A stretch of 63,821 nucleotides of DNA, the filler included, from Neoconidiobolus thromboides FSU 785 (lineage: Eukaryota; Fungi; Entomophthoromycota), in assembly GCA_025603075.1 (NCBI GenBank). It is 9 parts of 9 records of this genome, joined end to end, with 100 filler letters (N's around TTAATTAATTAA, not from the genome) between each part and the next. Parts side by side here need not be neighbours in the genome. Positions count along the whole stretch, not along the records: positions 35,745 to 44,889 come from MU626668.1; positions 44,990 to 51,417 come from MU626734.1; 7 more parts are not named here. The stretch is one strand, 5' to 3'. Below, piece after piece: positions 37,392 to 49,225 of the stretch; position 1 is the stretch's first letter, and the number at the start of each line of letters is the position of its first letter. The notes under the pieces are model-generated. The model ran no database searches. It was given only the letters and a program-made list of their open reading frames with translations, and had not been told where the DNA came from. A program made the translations under genes and the position numbers.

Positions 37392-38205
37392 AAGTGATTC
37401 TAGGATTTCCTCAAAGAAAAGGATCCGCCTCCGTGGAGACTTCTAATGGGGATTCTTTATCCAAGATTACTTATGCATAGAAAATTGAAGCTACTTGTAT
37501 CCTTTTCATCTTATGTTATCCCTTCGAGGGAAAATAATGAAACTTCTTTTGGGATTTAAACCGATCTTGTTTTTTTAAAAGAGCTTGAATCACACAGACT
37601 TGACTTGCATACCTAAACACGCTTTTCGGATCTATTTGGACAAAGATCCATATAATTTCTTTATGGACCTACATTGACTACTGATTCGCCTTTCTTTAAA
37701 TGGTTTGATTTCAAATGGATGAACAGTAAATACAGGCAAATGTTATGATATCTTACTCATAAGATATTTACCACAAAATTCAAGACCAGCTTGTATAAGC
37801 CAGAAGTAATACTAGAATGCGAATTCTGCGATAACCTTGAAAACAGTGTGGAGCGCCGTTTCTTTACTTGCCCATCTACCAAGACTCTTTGGTGTTGATG
37901 GCCTTCTTCCTCAGCAATTGGTCCTCACTGTCCCATTAGAAGCGTTTCAGAGGTTCTTTCTATCCTCTCGAATTACGATAAACGATTTAGGGCTAAGTGT
38001 TATGCTTTGGTTCTTCGGACCATTTATAAAGTCCATACTAACCTAGCCTTTGATACTAGTTTAGTAATTCCAAAGATATATACATATATATTAAATGGAA
38101 GGTAGTTTGATAAGCAGCTTTTTCTCATTTGATTTCCAAGTTATCAGAGAGTAAAAAGGGCTATGAAATTCTACCCAAGTGGCCATCCTCCCTACTCCCT
38201 TTGAT
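37392..38205 (+). mobile_element. Decayed L1/Tx1-type non-LTR retrotransposon, 3' end of ORF2
   Basis: One frame reads L*YLTHKIFTT...LECEFCDNLENSVERRFFTCPSTKTLWC*W, matching the zf-RVT pattern (LW.L.H...T...C.FC...E...H.FF.CP....W); upstream K*F*DFLKEKDPPPW; several Trp codons mutated to TGA. Confidence 0.65.
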
Positions 38206-38950
38206 TTAGTTTTTTAATATTTTAAGTCAGTAAATCACTTGAAGGTTCGGTCTTTCAAGAATTAAAAAAAACCATCTACTTGAATATTGAAATAATTGTA
38301 TTATTACAAATAAACTATTTGGGACAATAGCGTTTAATGGATCTAAAGAGTGGTAAGAGTTTCTATCTATAACAGTACATTTTTTACTGTACAAAATTGG
38401 TTTTGTTTCAAATTTCAATAAAAAGTTGATATTGAATCAAAAGTTACTATTGTAATAAATAGTCGGTCTGTTTTATTAATAAAAACATCAAAAACATTTT
38501 TTGTTTTGATCTTTATTAGCAAATTGTCTACTATTAATAGTTATAAAAGACGAGACAAAGAATATATGAGTGTGTTTTTCGTTTTCATCACTTTTTCATT
38601 TTTTAAGCACTAGGTTAAGTGGAAAAATTATTAAAATTCTTAAAAAATAAACCCCCTTATATGTTATTCGTTTTATTTCAAATGATAAGTTCAGTGCATT
38701 TTACAATTTTAGTTTTACTCCCCTTTAGTATTGAATTATATTTCAAAGTGTTTATTTTTAACTCTAGATTTAAAAAACAAACAATTTAGCAAATAAAACC
38801 TGCTTGATCTCATCTTTGATTGGCATTCTAGATTAACTAAACCAGTTTGTCACTTTTATCTTGCTTTTGTCAAAAATATCAGCTTTAAGGAATATGGGGA
38901 ATAAACCAATCAATGGCTAATGTATATTTATTTCTTACTATCATAAAAAA

Positions 38951-40119
38951 ATGAAGTTGAAATCAATCGGACGATTAATTTTTAAACAAAAACATACTAG
39001 ATTGATGAGTACAATGAGTAGACAACAGGATATCGAATCCAATTTGAAGCAAGTTAGGCAAACTATAAAGGATTTAGATCAACAAAATAAAGTAAATTTA
39101 TCTTTTTTAAAATCTTATTTCAAATCTAGAATCTAATTTCAATTCTTAATTTCCAATTCCAAAAGGTACGTTTAGTTAATGTCAGTAAAACAAAGCCCAT
39201 TTCAGATCTGCAAATAGCGTATGATCTAGGGGAACGTCATTTTGGTGAAAGTTATGTAAGCTCCAGTTAATGTTTATACTTTGAATTTAACTATATCAAA
39301 TAATTGGATAATGTAAATTAATATTTATTTAGGTGCAAGAATTAATAGAAAAAAGTGAAAAGGTTAGTGCTTGAATTATTTATTGCGATAATAGTGACTA
39401 ATGAGGATTATTAACTAATGATTGAATTTATTTTAGTTACCAAAAGATGTACAATGGCATTTTATTGGCAGTTTGCAATCCAATAAATGTAAAACTTTGG
39501 CTGGTAAGGGAGAAGGAATTAAACTAGCTTCAATTCAAAGCTTATTTAAAATATCACTTTAGGAATTCAAAATCTATTTGCAATAGAAACAGTAAGTAGT
39601 ATCAAAACAGCGAGAGCATTAAATAACCACCGAAAAGAATTGGGCTATGGAAAGTTGAATGTATTTTTACAAATTAACACAAGCGGAGAAGAAAGTAAAT
39701 TGAAACTTGAAGATATTTAACAAATTGTTTTTTAACTAAATTGAATCAAATAGGTAAATCGGGGTTATCAGCAAAATTAGAAGATATACTACCAGCAGTG
39801 AAAGTAATTACTGGAGAATGCGATTATTTAAATCTAACTGGTTTAATGACTATTGGTTCTTCAGAAAATTCAAAATCAGGGGATATCAATCCAGATTTTG
39901 AAGTAATTTTATATTATATCTTATATATTAATACTAAATTATTTTTTTATTGAATAATAGTTGTTAAAGAAGTTGAAAGAAAATATAGATAAAGAATTTA
40001 AATTAAGTTTAGAATTATCCATGGGTATGTCAGATGATTATATAATGGCTATCCAACAGGGTTCAACAAATGTCAGAGTTGGGTCAACCATCTTTGGAGC
40101 AAGGAATTATAACAAATAG
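38951..40119 (+). CDS. PLPBP: Pyridoxal phosphate homeostasis protein (YggS/PROSC family), 7 exons
   Basis: VSKTKP (PLP lysine), [57 protein letters not shown] across six GT-AG introns. Confidence 0.93.
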
Positions 40120-41392
40120 ATAGTAGTATTTTTTAAATTAAAAGGTTGATTTTAAAATGTTAGATTTAAATATATGTTATTATTGTATAGAATATGTAAT
40201 GTCGTTAATTATTTACTTCGATTATTATCTTTGATATAGTAGCTGAAGAATAGTAGCTCAAGAGTAACATATAGGTACCATGTTAATTTAAAAGCTATGA
40301 AAGATAATTAAAGCTGATATGATTAACAAATAGCTAAATATTATGACAGTTTATCATTTTGGAATTTTTCTAGATATATAACTCCAAGTTTTATTATAAC
40401 TATTAATTTCAAATAAACGTCATAGTTCTTTAATCAGAGTAAGTTTTAATTGATTTTATCTAATATAATTAAAAACTTGATATAAATTAAGAATAGCATT
40501 GTTTATGCTAACAAATAATTTTATTTCAAGTCAATGATTAACTATATTTTGAACTATTGTATTAAAAGATTATCAATATCAACTTCTTGTTACAAATCTA
40601 AATTTAAACCTCTGAATGGGAACACTGCAACTACATCAAATCAGTATTCCATTGAATCTCAGAGCAACAAGAAGGTAGTCAAGAGTACTATGTATTACTA
40701 AACAAACAAACAAACCCAGTAAAATAATAATTGATTGTCTTACTACAATTGATTATAAATAGAATAGTTGTTAGATATATCATTAAAATTGATTTATTGT
40801 AAAAAAGGTTTTCTACTGAATGTGTTTATTGACTTTTGATACTTGGTTTTAGGGAGGTAATGCTAAACAAGTAAGGCTCAATGCTTTAAACACAGATTAA
40901 CTGATAATTTATTGACTCCAAAAAGTAAGTAAGTTGAGTTGATAATTGGTGATAACAAACTGGTTATGGATGATATAAGTTATGGTATAGTAACTTGTGA
41001 AATAGATTACATTAAATAAAACCAAGTTAAAAAGCAGAGTTTAATGTATAAATTGAATATTTAATATAGTTAGTTTTGGGTATAAAGTTATAGCCTTATG
41101 TTTAGTTTTATATTGAGATGAAATAAAGAATAAAGTTTTTAAAAATATAGACTTAGCTTTTTAATATAGTTTATAACAATAGGATAAATACCTTGTATGG
41201 TTTTACTAATGTAAGCGGTAATGGTAATAGTAACTAAAGTAGTTACAGCTTTACATCTATATTCATAATCATTATTTTGTATAAAGGAAGAAATAGTAAA
41301 AAGATCAATAATAATTTGAAACTTCATCTCATTTTAAATAAATTTAATGCCATTACATTATATTTTTGATTGATTAACTTACTTTATATATT

Positions 41393-41749
41393 GAAGGTGT
41401 TTTTTTTGGTTTCATTGCTTTTTCTATCTTTTAAGCGCTATTTGAGTGGAAAAATTATAGTGAAATTCTTAAACATAAAAATACATCCCAATATAATATT
41501 TAGGAATGATAATGATAATGATAATACTATAGTTTGAGTTGTTATTTAAGTAAAGGGTTGTTTGTATAGTTTGTTTTAAGTGTAAATAAATGTTGAAATT
41601 TATTGAAATAGTTAACATATATTACAATAGTCCTATTTTATTATAAAAGTAGGACCTAGGGATGTATTTTTTTGTTTAAGAATTGTACCAATTTTTCTAT
41701 TTAAATAGCGCTTAAAAATAGAAAAAGTGATGAAACCAAAAAAACACTC
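41393..41749. mobile_element. Two MITE copies (~41393-41489 +, ~41658-41749 -); another degenerate copy at ~38568-38656
   Basis: AAGCGCTATTTGAGTGGAAAA core and CATCCC-type ends. Confidence 0.75.
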
Positions 41750-41877
41750 ATTTAATGAAGTTTAGATTTAGTGGTTATTTTTTATCACTATTACGATTAT
41801 CGAAATTAATGACAGTTTTACTTTTTATGAAAAACGTTTAGTCAAAATGCTTTTTAATTGAATTAAAATGATCAATT

Positions 41878-44348
41878 GGGGTTGTCTGAATTAGTTCATT
41901 ATTTTATCCAATTTTTAAATATTTTGTATTAAAACTTCGCTTAAAATTCTATAAAATTAAATTTTTTATTAAAACAAAAGTACCCGGACACAGTTCTAAA
42001 TTATTCTATTACAGTTTATACTGTAAGTTAGCTGAATTTCTACTAGATCCTAAACATATATTCTTATAAAACTTTATTGAGAAATATTTATTATTGACTA
42101 TTTTATAACCAGTATTGAAGATTTGTTATCAAACAAATGAACTGTTTTAATGTTATAATTACATTATTAACATATTACTAAATTAATAAATAGCTGCATT
42201 GGAGAGAGTGGTTAGCCTCAAAACTATAACTAACTATCTCTATATAATGCAAACAGTGTAATAATAGTTTTTACATATTATTACAATTACTTACTCTTTG
42301 ACTATTCATTGACTTAGCTATTAATAATTTAAGTAATGTTGACATCTAGTTATCTATTTCTATCATTTAGTAAATTGCTTAAATATCGGAATTTTTAAAT
42401 TCTCTGTTATTTTAGTAAGACAAACTGGGATTGATTTTTTAATTTTTCTATTTTCTATAAACTCTATAACTTTAATTGGAACTATATCGTTTTTTTTTTA
42501 TGTATTACATACTGGATAACAATGTAGTTTATTGTTATGTTTAATAAAGTGTAAATACCTCTTAATGATTTGTATCTTTATTATTATTTTTTATATTTTT
42601 GTTTCTTTCATACTTTTTAAAAATTATATCTGTTATCTCATTATTAACAGTCGAGTTATTAATTTTATTATGCTCGCAAATAAAAACCTCAAATCTTGAA
42701 ATTAATTGATCGATATCTTCTATTTTACCTAATCCTTCAAAACTACTTTTCCATTTTGAAAGGTTTCCAAAATATCCATCAACTATACTTTTTCCATGAT
42801 GCTCAGCAAAAAAATTAAGATTAACATTCAAACTACTATTTATTTTATGAATTTCTTTAAACATATAGTGTAGAAACTCTTGGGATCTAAAATGATTTAC
42901 TGTATCTGCCCATATATTAATTTTTGTAAACTTTTTAAATAAAAGCTCTGTAGAGATCAAATCAATTAAACAATCTCCTGCATATGCTGAATCATAATTC
43001 AATATTTCAGATAAATAATCAAAGTAAACTTTGCCTATTGCTTTATCATCTTTTAAATATAAAACACCAAAACCTAATACTGATATAGCTTGTTTATTAT
43101 AATGATCTAGATTTATTGAATCTGGTCTTGTTCCTATTTCCATATTTTGTTTAAAATCTAAAACTATTATACAACTTTTGTTATTTAATTTTTTAATAGT
43201 TTCATTAAATGTGTTTTTTGAGTATCAACACAGAATTTATGTAATTTGTATAATTTTTCTTCTTTATTGAAAATTTCTTTTATTTCTGCTTTATTTTTTA
43301 TTGCTGTATTTATTTTATTTTCAAATAACTTTTATCTAACTGTATATTGGGCACATATATTATATAGATCCGCTTTTCTTGCTGGATTTTTGAAATTACT
43401 TGATATATATTTAAGAAATGTTGACCTAGCTACTATGAAATCTGGTACTCAGTGTTTGAAGTCAGAAACAGCCATTGCTTGATTGACTACGCTATAGGTC
43501 GAAAGGTCTTAATTTATGTGACTAAGATAGACTTTGATTATGAAGAATAGCACGTAATAGGCTACAGACTATGTAAAACAAATATGGTAGACAATACTAA
43601 TGTAAAATCTACGTGAAATAATATTAAGAAAACTTAGTGGCTTTATTAAATGTTCGAGATATCAGGGAATAACTCAGTTAAAAAGCCTCAAACTACTATA
43701 CTCTGAAAACTCTTTTATACTCTGAAAAGTACAAATATCAAAATGAGAAGGTAATGTTATTTTGCATGGAGCTAGAAATTCTCATAGCAAATCAAACTAA
43801 GAACGTGGGATTGATTTTCTTTGAACTCGAGAACACAACAGCTTAGGCGATTGTTATGCTATAATCAACCATGGGACTAACAAAGCGATATTTCACAATA
43901 GTATATCTTTTCTTTGTTTTGTTTTATTATAAAATTCCGCAAATCCTGGGTTGTTATAAGTAGCTCTTAAAATTGATGTAAATGAAATACAATATTTATA
44001 TTGTGTACTCCTCTTTATTGTATTAAAATTTGCAAAAATTCCATTTCGAAGTTTAGTGATGAAAGTTTGCATTTTATTTTTATTTCAATAAAAAATAAAG
44101 TCAAATAACTCTATTTATATAATTATATAGTTATGTATTACACATTTATTAAATATTTAACAGAAATAGAATAAAATATATAGTTAGGAAAATTGACTAT
44201 TTAAGAAAAGAAAATAATTAAAATGAGTTTTAAATAAAGAGATTTAATTTTAGGCTTTTTAGATTTAACCATCACCTAAAGATACAAATCTAAAAATAAA
44301 ATTTGGGTTAATTTCTAAGTAAATTCTGAAATCAATTCAGACAACCCC
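41878..44348 (-). mobile_element. Sola-like DDD DNA transposon, copy 2 (both termini present, LTR insertion with internal deletion)
   Basis: Termini GGGGTTGTCTGAATTAG at 41878 and CAATTCAGACAACCCC at 44348; ORF 42562-43143 has WADTVNHFRS and HHGKSIVDGYFG; start region near 44070. Confidence 0.8.
43434..43897 (-). mobile_element. Solo LTR, copy 2 (464 bp)
   Basis: TATGAAATCTGG...GATATTTCACA; no matching TSD (flanks GCTAC / ATAGT). Confidence 0.75.
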
Positions 44349-44822
44349 ATATATTAGTTTTGACTTTTAACTTTTACAGTTGAAATTTAGCCATGCAGTT
44401 TATAGCCATTTGTTTAAACTTGAAAATTAAAAATTCTCAAATGTTAAAGTTTTATTCAAAGTTATACATTAGTGTTTTTATTTTAATATGTTTTTAAAAA
44501 TAGGTTTTAATATTACCAATATAAGAAAAGGACACCAGCGAAACAATAATCAAACTAGTAGCACACTATACCATATTCATCTATAAAGAATTTTCTTCTT
44601 AACATCATAAATATCAATGCAAATCATAGATTTTTTTAAATCACAACTTATTAAAAAACTAGCCAAATAAATAGTAGCTGTAAATGTTTTAGGGATAGCT
44701 GCACAATTGAGTTTTAACAGCTGTAACTACTCATTAACTAGTTGCAATAATAAAATAACAACTCAATCATAAAAAGCTAGAAAAACAACAAACTAATCTA
44801 AAGTAATCATTAAATTTTATTT

Positions 44823-44889
44823 TTAGCAAGTACCACCAAGGCGAATATCCCAATAAGTAAGATGGTCATCAACACTCAGAAATGGTTCA
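44823..44889 (-). CDS. Class 3 lipase C-terminal fragment with catalytic His
   Basis: Reads EPFLSVDDHLTYWDIRLGGTC*, matching the P.TS..DHL.Y..I..G.C end of mucoralean-type lipases; enters from the gap at 44890. Confidence 0.75.
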
Positions 44890-44989
44890 NNNNNNNNNNN
44901 NNNNNNNNNNNNNNNNNNNNNNNNNNNNNNNNNTTAATTAATTAANNNNNNNNNNNNNNNNNNNNNNNNNNNNNNNNNNNNNNNNNNNN

Positions 44990-45310
44990 TTTATGTGACT
45001 AAGATAGACTTGGATTATGAGGAATAGCACGTAATAGGTTACAAGCTATATAAGACAAATAGAATAGACAATACTAATGTAAAATCTATGTAAAATACTA
45101 TTAAGAAAACTTAGTGGCTTTATTAAATGTTCGAGATATCAGGGATTAATTCAGTTAAAAAGCCTCGAACTATTATACTCTGTAAACTCTTTTATACTCT
45201 GAAAAGTATAAGTATCAAAATGAGAAGATAATATTCTTTTGGGTGGAACTAGAAATTCTCATAACAAATCAAAATAATTAACCATGGGACTGACGAAGCG
45301 ATATTTCACA
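44990..45310 (-). mobile_element. Solo LTR, copy 3 (cut by gap, ~60-bp internal deletion)
   Basis: Aligns to 1-406 and 43434-43897; ends GATATTTCACA at 45310. Confidence 0.75.
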
Positions 45311-45358
45311 CTACATAAAAATGAAACAAGTGAATAAAAACCAAAAGACATTGCATAT

Positions 45359-45457
45359 GAGGATGTGTTTTTGTGTTTAAGAATTTTACTAACAATTTTT
45401 TCGTTCAAATAGTGGTTAAAAGGTGGAAAAAGTGATGAAGCCAAAAAAAACATCTTC
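45359..45457 (-). mobile_element. MITE copy
   Basis: GAGGATG...CATCTTC, ATAT TSD. Confidence 0.8.
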
Positions 45458-45484
45458 ATATATTTTGTCAAAAAGCAAACATAT

Positions 45485-47930
45485 GGGGTTGTCCGAATTG
45501 GTTTCAAAATTTACTTAGAAGTTAATCCAAATTTTAAAATTTTAAAATTTTAAAATTTGTGTCTAGTGTGACGTTAAATCTAAAAAGCCTAAATCAAATC
45601 TCTATATTTAAAACTTATTTTAATTGTTTCCTTTTCTTAAATAGTTAATTTCCCTAACTATATGTTTTATGTTATTTCTATTAGATATTTAATAGATGCA
45701 TAATATATAACTATACAATTATATAATTATATAAATACAGTTATTTGACTTTATTTTTTATTGAAATAAAAACAAAATGCAAACTTCCATAACTAAACTT
45801 CGAAATGGAATTTTTGAAAATTTCAATACAATAGGGAGGAGTACACAATGTAAATATTGTAATTCATTTACATCAATTTTAAGAGCTACTTATAACAACC
45901 CAAGGTTTATAGAATTTTACAATAAAACAAAACAAAGAAAAGATATATTATCAAAGTTTACTATCGATAATAATAAACTTAATCAAGCAATGTATAATAT
46001 TAGTGCTTTGGGGAAAACAGGAAATAAAAATCAACAAGTAGCGTTATTATCCACTATAGCTTTAGTATATTCTTTTGATAAATGCAAAAGTTTTGGGTTT
46101 AATATAAATAAAAATCAATGTGATTATTCAAAAATAAGTAATAATAATAAAACATCAACATTACAACCTATTATTAAAAATACAAAAGAAATTAAAGATG
46201 ACCAAATTGAAACTATCATACAATATTTACTAAATGATTCAACTATTTCATCAAGATTTAATAAAAAAATAATGATAGTAAATATTCATCAGATAACATA
46301 TATATATTAAATAAAAGTAGAAGAATGATATATAGTAAATATTTTAATGATTTAAAAGATAAAGCAGTAACTAGGTCAACATTTTTTAAATATATACCAA
46401 GTAATTTCAAAAATCCAGCAAGAAAAACGGATCTGTATAATATATGTGCCCAGTATACAGTTAGAAAAAAACTATTTGAAGATAAAATAAATACAGAAAT
46501 AAAAATAAAGCAAAGATAAAATTTATGTGATTTGTATAATTTTTCTTGTTTATTGAAAATTTATTCTATGCTGATACCCAAAAGAACACATTTAATCAAA
46601 CTATTAAAAAATTAAACAATAGAAGTCGTATAGTAGTTTTAGATTTTAAACAAAATATGGAAATAGGAACAAGACCAGATTTAATAAATTTAGATCATTA
46701 TAATAAACAAGCTATATCAGTATTAGGTTTTGGTGTTTTATATTTAAAAGATGATAAAACAATAGCCAAAATTTACTTTGATTATTTATCTGAAATATTA
46801 AATCATGATTTAGCATATGGGGGAGATTGTTTGATCGATTTAATCTCTATAGAGCTTTTATTTAAAAAGCTTACAGAAATTAATATATGGACAGATACAG
46901 GAAATCATTTTAGATCCCAAGAGTTCCTACATTATATGTTTAAAGAAATTCACAAAATAAATAGTAATTTGAATGTTATCTTAATTTTTTTGCTGAGCAT
47001 CATGGAGAAAGTATAGTTGATGGATATTTTGGAAACCTTTCAAAATGAAAAAGTAGTTTTGAAGCGTTAGGTAAAATAGAAAATATCAATCAATTAATTT
47101 CAAGATTTGAGGCTTTTATTTGCGAGCATAATAAAATTAATAACTCAACTGTTAATAATGGGAAAACAGATATAATTTTTAAAAAGTATGAAGAAAACAA
47201 AAACATAATAAAAATGATAAAAATACAAGGTATTAAAAAGTATTTACACTTTATTAAACATAACAATAAACTACATTGTTATCCAATATCTGATACACCA
47301 AAAAAAAGTGATATGATTACAATTAAAGTTATAGAGTCTATAGAAAATACAAAAATTAAAAGATCAATCCTAGCTTATCTTACGAAAATAACAGAGACTT
47401 TAAAAATTTCAATATTTACTAAACAGATAAATACTTTGTTAAATGATAGAAATCAATTATTAAATGTCAATATTACTTAAGTTATTAATAACTAAGTTAA
47501 TAAATAATCAAAGAACAAGTAATTGTAATAATATGTAAAAACTATTATTACTTGTACTATATAGAGATGGCTAATTATAGTTTCGGGGCTAACCACTCTC
47601 TCGCATGCAGGTATTTATTAACTTACCAATATATCAATAATGTAATTGTAGTATTAAATACATTTATTTATTTAATAACAAATCTATAATGTTGGTTGTA
47701 AAGCAGTCGATAATAGATGTTTCTCAATAAAGTTTTATAAGAATATGTATTTAAGATCTATTAAAAATTCAGCTAAATTACAGTATAAGCTATAATAGAA
47801 TAATTTAGAACTGTGTCTGGGAACTTTTGTTTTAATAAAAAATTTGTTTTTATAGAATTTTAAGCGAAGTTTTTAAAATACAAAATATTTAAAAATTGAG
47901 TAAAATAATCAAACTAATTCAAACATCCCC
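45485..47930 (+). mobile_element. Sola-like DDD DNA transposon, copy 3 (full length ~2446 bp, transposase fragmented)
   Basis: ~22-bp TIR GGGGTTGTCCGAATTGGTTTCA ... AAACTAATTCAAACATCCCC; flanks ATAT/AAAT. ORF pieces 45777-46310, 46325-46519, 46546-47016 and 47214-47480 join by frameshifts into one transposase. Confidence 0.82.
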
Positions 47931-48320
47931 AAATCTTGATAAATAGTTGGACTATCTAGTAAATATTATATAATAATTTTGATTTATTCATTAATTTATA
48001 TTTTCAATAATAGCTTATAACATTAATATTCTATCGTTATTAATTATTTATAAATAATTATATTGATTTTTACTTACATCAAATCCAAAACTTTTATATT
48101 TACCAAAAAAATACTAAAGTTATAGTTGATACTAATACTACTTGTTGGTTTTATTCCTTGTCTCCTTTAAAGTACTAATTTTATACATTGATTGATTGAG
48201 TTTATTAATAATAATAGTAAGCTTTAATAATATTTATTTTTAACTAAATTCTGAAACTAATTTGGACATTCCTGTGTAAAAGTATTTTTTTAGTTTTATC
48301 ACTTTTTTCATTTTTTAAAT

Positions 48321-48419
48321 GGGAGTGTTTTTTTTGGCTTCATTACTTTTTCCATCTTTTAAGCGCTATTTGCGTGGAAAAATTATTAGTAAAATTCTTA
48401 AACACAAAAATACATCCCC
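48321..48419 (+). mobile_element. MITE copy nested inside an older MITE (~48280-48475)
   Basis: AAAT TSD; both flanks are the two halves of a degenerate MITE. Confidence 0.85.
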
Positions 48420-48673
48420 AAATGTTATTTCAGTAAAAAAATTATTAGTAAAATCTATAAATAAAGAGATATATATTAGTAAGCTTTTGTTTTAGTATTA
48501 ATAGTTCTAACAGTCTATGACATTTTAAAATCAATCCTTAACAGTGTTATACTAGTTTTTGTTTTCTATTTTTTAATATAATTATAACTTTTTCAAAAGT
48601 GGCCACAAAAGTCATATCAACCCTGTAAGATACTGCGCGTCTATTGGGTGAAGTTGATAGCTTTCAAGTAAAT

Positions 48674-48772
48674 GGGGATGTTTTTTTTGGCTTCATCATT
48701 TTTTCCATCTTTCAAGCGCTATTTAAGTGGAAAAATTGTTAGTAAAATTCTCAAATATAAAAATACATCCCC
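48674..48772 (+). mobile_element. MITE copy
   Basis: GGGGATG...CATCCCC, AAAT TSD. Confidence 0.9.
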
Positions 48773-49127
48773 AAATATAAAGGTTAAATTGGCCCTGTTT
48801 CTTATATTTATTAATTGATTTAAAAGCACAAATATCAAGTGAAAATACATAAAATTATATAACTTGCATTTATATTATTCATAATTTAATAGGAAAGCCA
48901 TAGTCACATATTCGTTATCTCATCTTTAAAATGATCACTTTCATAATAGTTATTATAGTCCCCTAGCTCATGATTTCTTCTAATTAAGTTCTTCCTCAAT
49001 AACTATTGAGTTGATGTAATAAGCATTGCCTTAGACACACACTTTCAAAAAAAATTCAGCTTTTAGCCAATGTTAAACAAACTAAATAATAAATTCATAC
49101 TAATTACTTAATTCCTACTATTCATTT

Positions 49128-49225
49128 GGGAGTGTTTTTTTGACTTCATTATTTTTTCCATTTTTTAAGCGCTATTTGAGTGGAAAATTTGTTGGTAAAA
49201 TTCTTAAATACAAAAATACATCCCC
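49128..49225 (+). mobile_element. MITE copy
   Basis: GGGAGTG...CATCCCC, ATTT TSD. Confidence 0.9.
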
